NCBI RefSeq assembly: GCF_009914755.1 | Contig: NC_060932.1 | DNA from: the human T2T-CHM13v2.0 reference genome, Homo sapiens | Strand: one strand, 5' to 3' | DNA: 64,000 nt | Shown here: positions 42,872 through 54,995 of the stretch, piece after piece | How the letters are laid out: each line of letters begins with the position of its first letter | Position numbering within the stretch: the first letter of the stretch is position 1 | Position numbers and translations under genes: made by a program | The notes under the pieces: generated by a model | Told to the model about the DNA's origin: nothing | The model's input: only the letters and a program-made list of their open reading frames with translations | Databases searched by the model: none

Positions 42872-43424
42872 TATTACTTTTCTACTGTTGCTGTAACAAA
42901 CTATTATGAATGTAGTGAATTAAAATAACACAAATTTATTGTTACTGTTACGTATCCTGGAAGTCCAAAATCTCTCACTCGCCTTCCGCCATGATTTTAA
43001 GTTTCCTGAGGCCTTAAAACCCCAGGGGAAATAAAAACCATTTTGACGGCCGGGTGCAGTGGCTCAAGCCTGTAATCCCAGCACTTTGGGAGGCCGAGGC
43101 CGGCGGATCACCTGAGGTCAGGAGTTCAAGACCAGCCGAAACCCCGTCTCTACTAAAATTACAAAAATTAGCCGGGCATGGTGGCGGGTGCCTGTAATCG
43201 CAGGTAGTCTTGATGACCAAAGTCATTTTTTTCCATCTTTAGAAAACGACATGGGAACAAACAGAATGAACAGATCTGAAGCTAGTGTGTGTGAATGAAC
43301 ACTCTTTTGCTTTATTCCAGAATGCTGTACATCTATTTTGGATTGTATATTGTGTTTGTGTATTTATGCTTTGATTCATAGTAACTTCTTATGGAATTGA
43401 TTTGCATTGAACACACAATGTAAA

Positions 43425-43461
<37 letters not shown>

Positions 43462-43842
43462 ACAAACCCAGGAAGAAAGAGCCCTTGGTAGGGCTTGTGC
43501 TTTATGGAGATTCCAGATCTATTTCTTTGACTTTTTAAGAATCTAGAAGATGCTGCATTGGCTGACTCATGGTCTGGCCTTCCAGTTTCAAAGAATATCA
43601 CTTCAGCCTCTGCTTCCTTCGACCTATGTCCTTGCTCTCTAGCGTTGACCCTTTTTGCCTTTCTCTTATAAGAACATTTGTGATAACATTAAGTCCATCT
43701 GGATAATCCAGGGTAGTTTCACCGCATCAAGATCTTGAGCTTTATCACATCCCCAAGCCCCTTTTGTCATGTAAGGAAACATATTTATAGGATCTGAAGA
43801 TTAAGACAAGAACATATTTGGGGCCCATTATTTTGTCTATCA
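42872..43842 (-). mobile_element. MLT1C/D-like LTR, interrupted by the CD24 retrocopy
   Basis: ttgctgtaacaaa...aacacaaatttatt...gaagtccaaaa | ...ctcttataagaac...ggataatccaggg...ttttgtcatgtaagg...cattattttgtctatca. Confidence 0.8.
43027..43463 (+). pseudogene. CD24: 5'-inverted processed retrocopy of the CD24 3'UTR (no coding sequence)
   Basis: 43204-43428 matches the CD24 mRNA 3' end as I recall it (tagtcttgatgaccaaagt...aatgctgtacatctattttggattgtatattgtg...gatttgcattgaacac), with AATAAA at 43423 and a (TAAA)n tail. 43027-43200 is the reverse complement of the CD24 3'UTR Alu plus its flank (gaaataaaaa.cattttga). L1-endonuclease-like TT|AAAA at 43014; near-TSD aaaccccagg / aaacccagg. Confidence 0.8.
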
Positions 43843-45439
43843 TGATTTCCAATGCTACATAAATTAGGAGAGAAAAATCAGAAAATTCAAATAATGTGCA
43901 CTCCTATAACTTCACATAATCCTACAATTTTCAATGTATGTCTTATTCCTCCATGCATAAAAGCCCTTTACATACACTCTGCAGCTTTCTGCATTTTAGC
44001 CAAGTTTGTTTCAGTTCTTCAAATACGCTTAAAGATCAAAAAATGATATTTCCTGCCTCAAAGGTTTTGAAATAGCAATTCCTGGAGCTTAAAATATTCT
44101 TAATCTTATCCAGTACTTCCTTTGTGTAACACATATCAAAAATTTAATTATAATTTTATTTGCATAATTAGTTCAACATTGAGCTATACAATTGAAGCAT
44201 AAACTCTGTGAGTGCAGAGATCCTGTATATGTTGTATTAGAAAGTAAGAGCATATTTGTTCAATAAATGAAGAACTCAATCAATAAAATAATCAATAAAA
44301 ATAAAACTCTTCCTCATTTTGTTATGACAGAAATGCACTCAACTTTTTAAGAGATTATTTAAAATATATTTTTCTTTTTCTACTCTTAAAAGGCAGTCTC
44401 TTTTTTTTAAGAGGAGACACTGTAGAGGTTATAATAATAAAATGCTGTGGCACGCTCAGCATACATGAATGTTCTGCATGTCCCTAAGCAAAGACCTTCA
44501 TATTGTCTCCATAAAGCCTCAGAAGGTGGTATTCATTACCTTGGTGGATTTGCCAGGCCCTGGATCTTGCCTTCTGTTTTAGAAATTTGATTTTGTCGGC
44601 ACAAGAGAAAAAAATTCATCTCTTAGGAGTGGATTTACATTAAATAAGCATACAAGCCTGATGCCACTATATTAATTTACAATGAGATATATAAGTGTTG
44701 CAGGCAGTGGAATATTTAATTCCACATAAACAGTCCATTTACTCCTTCAAAATAATCCAATATGGAAGTGAGATAATCCAAATTTTGCTCGGTTAGCATA
44801 GATTTAAGATAACAACAATTATTTAGTATTAATGAAATTGTTATGAAAGAAAAAAATATATATACACCATTTCAAAGATTCTTTAGAAAAAGTTTTGGAT
44901 CTCACATGATTACAGATCTACTGAGTCAGAATACACTCTTGTTGGAGCTTGAATGGGCACTGCTAAGATTTGTTTTACAATTTTGCTTTCTCATACTTAT
45001 TTTACCGAGTGATATTTCTCTATGTGCATTCTTATATATGTTGACAAATTCCTCCACTACTATTTAATTCCTTTTAAGCTTACTGGCTATTTTGTTTCTT
45101 TTAGGTTATTTGCATAACCTTACTTTAAATAATGATGGTTTTTGTGTATGTGTCTGTCTGTGTGTTTTTTTTTCTCTCTAAAGTTTATCCTATTTATGTC
45201 ATCCCTAAATGCTTTAGGAAAGACTCCCTGAAAGTTGCACATAATATCCTTATGACTACTCAATATCTGTGAATTTACTAAAAATAATTTCTAGAGTACT
45301 GTAGGGGTTCTCATTCTGAGATGATAATTTATCAAGAGAATCACACAAATTATGTTTTAATTTTTTTAAATTCTATGAAATAGACAAATTTGATAGGTAT
45401 TTTATGACAACTACTATCATTTTCTAATAACCTGTAGAC

Positions 45440-46130
45440 TTCATATGCAAATCTACTGCTCTAGATGCCATTTACACAATGGAGAACAAGATAAACTTTT
45501 TGTTTTAAATGAAGCTTGCATTCCACTGGAAGAAGGCAGAAAATAAAACTATTTTGTATACTCACTTAGCAAAGGATTCTCTAAAGAAGTGATACTTCAG
45601 ACAAAACAGAAATGATGAGAAGTTAGCATCCATGAACCCTCAGAGCTCAGATAAGAGAACAACAAAAGCCCCAAATATAACAAATCTGGAAATTTTAAGT
45701 TGTTGGGAAGATTACTGAGCAAGAGAAATGAGTTTAAGATACAAGATCTAAAAGGTAGGCAGGAAACATATCCCATCTGGCATTGTAGTTCATGGTCATT
45801 ATTTTGATGTTTACTCTTGCTGTCCTGGAAAATCACTGGAAGCCATCAAAATAAAGAGTGAAATCATCTAATATATATTTTAAAAGATAGTTTTGCCTGC
45901 TATCTGGAGAGTAGATTCTGTGGAGGTAAAAGCTATACTAATAAGTCCTGTTTGGAGGTTACGGCCACAGTGCAGATGATGCAAGATGACGGCTAGGTTT
46001 ATGTGTGTCGTAGTAGAAGTGGTGAGAAGTGGTAAGGTTGGAAATATATTTTGGAGCTAGAATAGATAGGACCATTGGTGAGCTTGCTGTAGAGCCTGAG
46101 AGCAAGAGAAGAAACAGTAACGTTTGGCAA
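45440..46130 (-). mobile_element. L2 fragment
   Basis: ggagaacaagataaac...gaagcttgcattccactggaagaaggcaga...tggagagtagatt...gtggtgagaagtggt...atatattttggagctagaat. Confidence 0.7.
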
Positions 46131-46719
46131 TAGTATCATTACAGCGTCGTCTTCTTTATGCCCCCAAGATGTGAGTACAGAGACAGGCTGACATCTGAAA
46201 TACTGAACAATCTAATTTTCTAAAAATCAAACACTATGTGTGTTCACAGGCTCGATGTTTCATCAAGTTGAGATAATCATCGTTTCCAAAAAAAGCTTTG
46301 CACTTTGGCATTCCATTTCTTTGTAATGCACTTCACTCTGCCTGGAATGATGTAGATGGTTCACCTCCGCCTCTCAAAACTTTCTTCATTTTTTAAGAAT
46401 TAAAACAAATGCTAACTCTTAACAAAACTTTTCTGAATCCTATAAAAGGATCTCTTTCTCTTTAGTAGATGCTCAGAAAAAGTAGAATAATTAGAAGTCC
46501 ACAATTAGTTCAAAAGTAGACCTACCAATTATCATTTAAATTTGCTTTATAGTGTATTTTAATTCATTATTTTAAATGATAAGATGAAATACAAAAATTT
46601 TATTCTGTCATACTTTTGCTTTCTTTTTTAAGTCAGTTATAATTGAGTAGCCATCAGAAGAATTTGATCGTCAGAGGCAGCCCACATCCAATTAATGAAT
46701 AGAAGCAGGGGAGGGTACA

Positions 46720-46955
46720 GTAGGATAAGAATGCTTGGCCGAATTACTTGAATTTGAGAGAACTTTGAAAGACTATCTCAGCTCCAGAACTTTCTGTGGG
46801 GTTGGCCAAGTCTTTTTTGCAACTGTACCAGCGTTCAATTTCTCTGTCTGCCCCACCTTGTTTCCCACCCTATTCTCCAGATTTTGTTATCAAGCATTTC
46901 CCAATAAGCCTCATGTACATGAACCTATGTTTCAGAATCTTCTCTAGGGTGCATG
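46720..46955 (+). mobile_element. LTR16-like ERVL LTR fragment
   Basis: ctatctcagctccagaact...gttcaatttctctgtctgcccc...cccaataagcctcatgtacatgaacc...tcagaatcttctctaggg. Confidence 0.6.
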
Positions 46956-47309
46956 ATTTCAGAATCAAATCTGATAAAAATAATAGCAAAATTATTTAGG
47001 CAATATATTTATCACAAAATTAAAACATGCAGTTTCATGAACGTCACATAAAGTTTAGTGAATGTTAAAATAAAACTATTTAAATATCCATTCAGTAAAA
47101 ATGGCTTTAGATGAGTGTTCTGATCAACTTTTTGTGCTTTTTAAAATATATAACTTTTTTCATATTTTGTCTTATTCTCTTTCACACTAAGTTAGAAAAG
47201 TCTAGCATTTATGTGGCATTATAAATGGTAGCAAGGAAACATATAATAATATTGATATTCAGATAAAATAGAGATGAATATTATAAAGTTTGTGTTTAAG
47301 TAAACAAAC

Positions 47310-47483
47310 CTTAAAAATTATATACTTTTAGTGAAAAAATCACTAATTCAATTTTGGTTATATTAGCATTTTTCTTTTTGAAATTTGTCCAATAATATGC
47401 CATTAATTTTTCTCTGCAATAAATAAAGAGAACTTTCAAATGTTGAAAAATTGTCAACCACTTGAGCCATTTTCTAAAATACC
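47310..47483. mobile_element. MER105-like DNA transposon
   Basis: aatttgtccaa...tttttctctgcaat...gaactttcaaatgttgaaaaattgtc...ccatttt...aaataccg resembles recalled MER105 consensus. Confidence 0.5.
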
Positions 47484-48399
47484 GTGATTTTATGTTAAAA
47501 TTAAATGAATTTAAAGCTATGAAGTGAAACGGTAAAAATATTTAAGATACTGAATATTTTCAGTTCACTATCTCAAGTGCTAAATTCACTTGAGCAAGAC
47601 ACTTTACAGAAATAGTCTTCAGCCTCCTTTGAATCACAAATAAATTAATTTTTAAAACCCATTTCTATTTTCAAAATTTTGTTTGAGTATATTCTCACTT
47701 AGCAGAGGACAAGCAATATCAGTAAATCAGATTCTTAAGTTCTGTGCCCATGAATTTTTTTTCTCATGAACCAAAGAGGATTTGCCATTAGTCTTAATGC
47801 TTTAATCATATTCACAATTTTCACTGTATATTTCAAAAATTTGACCACCTTCTCTTCTCTCTAGATAAAGTGGCCTTTGGATTCACTTTCAAGAAAATTC
47901 CATTTTATCTCTAGTAAGTCCTTTGTAATGGAGAACCTATAGTAGTACTGTAACCTCCTTCATGAATTAGTCAGCTGAAAGCAACACCACAGTCCTCATC
48001 TGCAACTTTTAAGACTATGCTAATCATTATTTAGAGTGATTTCTCTAAAAATAATAATTAATATTAAATGTAATATGTTCAACATATAAATGAAAAATGT
48101 ATTCCACTGTCTTCTTCTGCTGAAAATTTCAAAACATTTGCAGGCTATTTTCCATACTCCAAGGAAACCAGTGATGTGTGGCGTATAGAACACATTTTAA
48201 AATGATGCAGATTTAATGATATTAAAACAAACTTCAGTAGGATTATTTTAATTAAAGTGATATTAATATTCTGTGAGAAATTTGATAATTAAGAGTATTA
48301 TTATAAAATGAAAAATCCACTGTAGTATACACACTGTATAGTATAGTACACACTATAAGATGACAATTATACTTTACATCTATAATCATTAAAATGTTA

Positions 48400-49090
48400 G
48401 TAGTGCAAGAAATGACAGATAAATGGAACAGAAATAAAGAAGTTATAATACCCAAAAGAGGCAGAAAGTGGTGAATAGGTTATTAATAGCAGAAGAAATG
48501 CAAATACTAATAACTATGAAAAATTGTTATCAGCATTAATGTTATATTCAAATAAATATCATATCTGTCTTGTAAAATTGACAAAGCTGCTCCTAATACT
48601 TCATGCCTGTAAGAATTATACAAGCAAAATGATATATTATTTTAAAAAATTTGAAGCTTAGTCTTTTTAGAAACATTAACTTAGAAGTATTTTAAAACGT
48701 TAAAAGTATTTATTATGGTTCACTAACAATTTTATCTAGGAATTCAACCAAAGACACTATCAGACATGGAAAGAAAGATTCATGAGCAAGTACTGATTTA
48801 ATAATAAGATGGATTGAATCAAGTACAATGTGACAATGTGATAAAATATTCAACCATTATAAATTGTATAGGAATAAGTTACAATGACATGAAAGAAAGT
48901 TGCAAAACACAGTTAAGAAGAAAACTAAGACATAATACTATGCATACTTATATGCAATATGATTGAAATTGATAGATGCATATTTGTGGGTTTTGTGTGT
49001 ATGCATCTGTGTGTATATATAGTTGCTATATTTTCTCCTTACATTATTACATAATATTTCACAATGAATATGTTTTACATTTATTATATA
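48400..49090 (+). mobile_element. Very old L1ME 3' fragment
   Basis: caattttatctaggaattcaaccaaag, aaatattcaaccattataaa, tacaatgacatgaaaga. Confidence 0.45.
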
Positions 49091-49727
49091 TAAAGGTAAC
49101 ACTGCAAGCTCTGCTTTTTTAAGAGAAAGACTTGCTCGTTCCAGAACATACTGCAGATTAGAAGAAAATAAATGAAGCTGAAGAGTGTATGTTTTAGGAA
49201 TAAACTAGGAATAGAAGAAGAAAACATTCCAAGAAACAGATAAACCTAAAGCAATGATAGTTACAGAAATAAAGTAACAAAAGTGATTATAATTTTTGCT
49301 TATTCTTCATTTTTTCTAAAGGCCTATGTATAACAAAGAAATTCAAAAACATTGTAATTTAGGGGTTGTTTATTGTATACAGAAATTCAAGTTACCTAAG
49401 TGATTTCAAAGTTAAATAAATAATAATTTGAACAATAAAGCTGAAGTTTAAATAAATAATGGACAAAAGTTTGAGAGCAAATTATTATTGTTGATACATA
49501 AAATAGAATGCAATGAAGGCTTATTTCACTCACCAAGGGAGGAAGGAAAAATAATATGGTTGTAGTACTATTTGGGGGTAGAGGGGTATGATGGAGCCAT
49601 TCTTTGGAACAAGATCAGAGTCAGGTAATCCACTTTCAGACAGGCATTCAGTATAAAAATCGAATGTGCTTGATTTTATATTTCTTGAGACTGACAAAAT
49701 ACAGACAAAACCTAACACCACTCAGAG

Positions 49728-50151
49728 AGTATCAATCAAGGTTCAACCAGATATATATATGTAAAATCATAATATACATATATGTAAATACATAATATAC
49801 ATGGTATATTATATATCCACACACATAATTATATAAGGTATTGGCATAAGTAATGGTGGGGACTGGTTCTGTGAATATGATATCCATAAGGTAGACTGTC
49901 AAGAAGGGAAAGCTGGAAATTTTCAGGCGGGAGAAGTTTCAGTCCACAGGCAAGATGTCTTCTTAATTAAGAAGGCCTTTCAGTTCTTTAAATCAAGCAT
50001 GCCCACCTAAATCATTGAGAACATAAAGTCCATTGATTGTAGATGTTTAGTCATATGTTCAAAATACCGTCACGGGAACACCTAAATTAGTGTTTGATTA
50101 AAAAACTAAGAAGTATCGTCTAGCCAAGTTGACACACCAAATTGACCATCA
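49728..50151 (-). mobile_element. MLT2 (D/E-like) ERVL LTR
   Basis: caaggttcaaccaga...aaggtattggc...cacctaaattagtgtttgatt...tagccaagttgacacaccaaattgaccatca. Confidence 0.75.
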
Positions 50152-50472
50152 TGAGCCCTGTGCAACATGAAATAGTGCAACATGAACAGAAAGATGAATA
50201 GTAGAAAATGGTACCTACTGATCCCCCTGGCTAGATATAAGTATATATACTAAATCATTTTGAGTTCATCCAAACATGGTGGAAAATTTACATTTTCTAT
50301 ATGATATTTTATGATTACAAACTAATATGTCTAATAATTTGGTCTTTGTCCAAAGCCATAACTTCAAAATATCACTTCTTAGATTATAATTATTTAGTTT
50401 GTTTCTAGGTAGCTAGGTAATTATACGTGACACAAAAGTCAACAGCAACAAAAATTTTAGTCAATTGAAAAG

Positions 50473-50640
50473 TATAATAATTAAAGTCAATATAATAATT
50501 AAATTTAATATAATAATAAATTAATCATTATATTATTATATATTATATTATATATTATAAAATTATAATAAATTTAATATAATAATTAAATTAATATAAT
50601 TAAATTATGTAAAATAATTTAATATAATAATTAAAGTCAA
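50473..50640. repeat. AT-rich minisatellite / low-complexity tract
   Basis: Degenerate aatataataattaaattt units, bounded by identical 18-mers tataataattaaagtcaa (50473-50490, 50623-50640). Confidence 0.9.
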
Positions 50641-53209
50641 CTATGAATTCAATAGTTGTTAGGTGTGGTAAATCTATATATTTATTTATTTCCAAATTCG
50701 AAGAAAACTCATGAAGTGTCCTATGTTATTAACCCAAATACAGATTCCTGGAAGACCAACTGACTTGTTTATTTTCCCAAATCACAGTATGTAACAGTGA
50801 TTTCTGGTGCACTTTAATATATCTTTAATTGTATTCTGTTCTAAATAATTAGTAATTTGAACTCAACTGGCACTAATTTGGGAATACATAAGCCTCTTGT
50901 GGTTTTGTTTTGATTTTCATAATACAATCTTTTAAAGCATATATCATGTACACAAAGTCACTGCAATTAATATAACTAATACATATTTTTAAATTTCATA
51001 AGAAAAATTATTAAAAGTGGCTGTTTTTACAAGGTTATTGTTGCTAGCAATGCACTCCATTGGGATCTGTATACTCCGCACATATGTCTGTCTTGTTAAA
51101 GCTCGTGGAGATAACATCGTGAGGTAACGTTGGCATGAATATAATTCATTGAGTTTAACTATCTCAGGAACAGCATATTGAAAAAAATACATATATATAG
51201 TTAAATGTATATACATGCCTTATATATATAGAATAGGTTTTTTTGTGGATTTGAGGGGCCTATGTGTTATAAATTCAAAATCAGATGCCAGATATATTCA
51301 AAAACAAATATTCATTAATGTCTCAGGACTCCAAAAGTAAACTCTAAGATCACTGACCTGTAATTTCTGAAGTGTACTAATAAGGCTGTGGGGGCAGGCA
51401 CATACAAAGACACATACGGATGTCTGTCATACTTACATAACATTTTACTCTTTGGGTGATACTGAAGATAAACTTTTGCATTAATCAGACTGATTAAGTT
51501 TTAAAATGTAACCTATTTTGTAATTTTATTTTATCTTAGGCTATAGAAGACACCAGGTCAGATAAATGTGAAAAAAAAAGTACATAGTGTCTGTTAGCTG
51601 AAATTCTGCAAAGGAGATTGCAGCTATGAAGTGGAGTATACATGCAGCAGAGTAACTAATTAGGCAGCCATCTGGCACCACGTAGATCAGGGCAAGAAGG
51701 CCTCCACCTCTTAATAGTCCTTTAAGGCATTGCTCTCTTACTGCAGTGTGCTAATTGATAGTCTTATGAAGGCCTCGAGTTAGAGGAGAAAAGTAAAATG
51801 ATGCTCTGCACAGTCTGATTAAGATGATTAGCGAAATACATCATAGGAAGATGTCAAACAAAATGGTAAGTGTTACAAAAATACTCAATAATTATAAAAG
51901 CAAGATTACAATAAAATGTTTTCATATCAAGTAGTTTATTTGTCTGACATGCTGATGAGATGAATGGAGAAATTTTGTGCAAAAATGCTCTTTAAAAAAT
52001 ATTTCAGCAAAAATATTATCACCCACAGACCCCTCTTGCATTCCACGTCTTTATTTGTCTTGAAAAGTTCAAGAACTTAAGAAATGTCATGCCATATCAC
52101 ACTGTATTATAGAAGGGAAATGTGGAAGACATATTATTTTTCCTTTTAAATGCCTAGAGTTGTGGATGAGTCATCAAGGTAAAAGAAAAGTGATAATGTG
52201 ACTGACAGTGCTCTTCAATGTCTTGAACTAACCTTGCAATTTTGTCACTACCTGCCAAAAATCATGTATTATACTTATTCTGTAAGACCTACCTTCTTTC
52301 TGGAACACATGATTGACCAGAAATCCCAGGTATTTCATGAATTTTTCTATTTTCTGCTCCATTCATCTGTCAGTCACTGTTTCATTACTGATTTTTCCAG
52401 CTTCTCTGCCATTTGCTGAAATTGATTCCATAAGCAGGAGAGACATGGTACTTTTTAAATTATTATTTTAAGGAGTCACTAGAAGTCCTTAAAAATGGGA
52501 GGAATATTCAGGAAGTAAAACATGATTTTTATAACCCAAGAAAATTGTTAAGAAAATTACATATCTAATTAAATAAATGGAAAACTTTAAAATATCTAAA
52601 ATATCTAAACTATCACTACTCATGGCAAGGAAAAATGTACTTCTCTCTGTGAGATGTAGACTGACTTTCCTTTTCCTCACAGTCCTTCAGGGACTATTTA
52701 TCTATGGCACTTGTCTGGCAGGCAGTTCTTTAGCTAGCCTATGTGACTAACTTCCACCTTCTCCCCTGAGGATTACACAGACATGACATTCCTATCAGAT
52801 TGGCTTTCAATGGATTTAGTTGCTTTAAAAATGACTTGTGACCAGTAAAGTGTGGAGGTGGTCACTCCACAGACTCTAAATCTTTGGAAGATTATTTTTA
52901 AAGCAAATCCTTTAAAACTACTTTAGAATGAACTTTTTTATTTAGAATGATGTGGGAGATTACTGAGAAAACCAGAAGGATCACCTTTCCAATAAACTAA
53001 TGGAATATGGCTTATTCTTGAGCTGTAGATAATGCACCAATTTTGTTAAGGATAGAATTTTAATCTAAGAAATAAAATATTAAATGTATTCATCCTATCC
53101 AACTGAAAACCACAACAAGAATTCAATGACGAACACATGTATTATTTAGATATAATGTACCAAGTACTACACAATGTGCAAAATACTCTGTCTGCATTAC
53201 ACCCCTTAA

Positions 53210-53339
53210 CCCATTTATGCCTAGTGTTCCATTATTGGAATGCTAACCATGTGGGAGTTATTTATATCCTACTGCTCAAGGTCATCACCAAAGTCTGATT
53301 GCAAAAATTCAAAAAATTGCAACCTCAGATATAAACGGG
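53210..53339 (+). mobile_element. MER85 piggyBac (PGBD3-derived) MITE
   Basis: TTAA|cccatttatgcctagtgttccattattggaa...gcaacctcagatataaacggg|TTAA; TTAA TSDs at 53206-53209 and 53340-53343. Confidence 0.95.
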
Positions 53340-54248
53340 TTAATTCTTAAGGTATGTCTTGAACATCATGTATACCTTGTACATGTTCTTTACAGCTGAG
53401 AAAAATGACTATCTTTATAATTAGTACAATTAGCTATTCATTCTTATGTCAAAATCTAATTTATTTCTTATAATTATAAAAATAGACTATTTCAGCTCAA
53501 GTATTTTCATTTAAGAAAAGGTGATGCACTTTTTCTAACCAGTTGTATAGGAGATATTGCTTATATCTTCTTCAATTCTGTGGATAACAGACTACCAGAA
53601 AACTGTAAAAATCCTCTCTCCAGTTTACAAATTAGACAATTTTAATTTTTTGTTGCTTTCCCCTTTCCATTTTTTTTTATCTAATAAAAATGTTATTACA
53701 TGCTTAATGGCACAGAGAGTTGGAGTTGGAGAGTTGGAGTTTAAAAACTCCATTTTTTTTAAAGCTGCATCAACTCATTTTAAGGTGTATATGCCTTTTA
53801 AAAAGTATAGACTATTTAGTGTGTATATCTTTTATTTCTGGGATGGCCTGTAGTTTCAATAAAATTATTCATATCTTAAAACACATACAGACCTTGTTCT
53901 GTATGGTCACTCATTATATATTCACCACCCTTCAGTTACATGAGTGATGTCCTTATGTAGAAGAAACTAATTACCGGTACAATTATCCATCCTAAGAATC
54001 CCAGAACAAAAAGACAAGACAGTTTGAAATATTTTAGTATTTTTGTTGACATCTCTTTATCTCCATTAACATTGCTGATAAATAACAGGTGGAAGAACCT
54101 TTTTTATTCAGCCTGTGTTACGAGCTGAGTTCTGACTCTCCCAAATGTATATGTTAAAATCCTAATCCGTAGTACCATGGAATGTGACAGTACTTAGAGA
54201 TAAAACATTTTAAAAGGTAATTAAGATAAAATGCAGCCCTTAGGATAC

Positions 54249-54555
54249 TTTTTTTTTTTTTTTTTTGAGACAGCATCTTGCGCTATTGCCCAAGCTGGAG
54301 TGCAGTGGCAGGATCTCGGCTCACTGCAGCTTTGACCTGCTGGACTCAAGAGATCCTCCCGCCTGAGACTCCTGAGTAACTGGGACTACAGGTGCAAGTG
54401 AGTGCCACCACACCCAGCTAATTTTTTGTATTTTTAGTAAAGTCGGGGTTTTGCCATGTTGCCCCGGCTGGTCTTGAACTCATGAGCTCAAGTGATTCAC
54501 TTGCCGCGGCCTCCCAAACTGCTGGGATTACAGAGGTGAGCCACCACACCCAGCC
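54249..54555 (-). mobile_element. Alu (AluJb/early S-type)
   Basis: Poly(T) plus reverse dimeric Alu ending cacacccagcc. Confidence 0.95.
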
Positions 54556-54663
54556 AGGTGGACTCTATTCTAACCTGATTAGCGTCCTTTTAAGAACGGA
54601 AGGTTAGAACACAGACACACACAGGCTGGGGGGGACATGAAGACACTAAAGGAAGACAGCCAT

Positions 54664-54995
54664 TGTATTAGTCTGTTTTCACCCTGCTGATAAAGACACA
54701 CCCGAGACTGGGAAGAAAAACACTTTTAATGGACTCAACAGTTCCATGTAGCTGGGGAAGGTGAAAGGCACTTCTTTCATGGCATGGCAAGAGAGAATGA
54801 GAGAAACAGAAAGCAGAAACCCCTTATAAATCCATCTGATCTCCTGAGACTTATTCACTATCACAAGAACGGTATGGGGGAAACCACCCCCACGATTCAA
54901 TTATCTCCCACTGAGTACTTCCCACAGCACTTGAGAATTATGGGAGTACAATTCAAGATGAGATTTGGATGGGGACACACAGCCAAACCATATTA
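54664..54995 (-). mobile_element. THE1B-like solo LTR
   Basis: tgtattagtctgttttcac...acagccaaaccatatta; perfect 5-bp TSD GCCAT at 54659-54663 and 54996-55000. Confidence 0.93.

Noticed and set aside
43048-43200. Independent Alu insertion with a 3' transduction
   Set aside because: The Alu lacks its own tail and TSD, and its 5' flank matches the recalled CD24 3'UTR; better explained as the inverted arm of the retrocopy.
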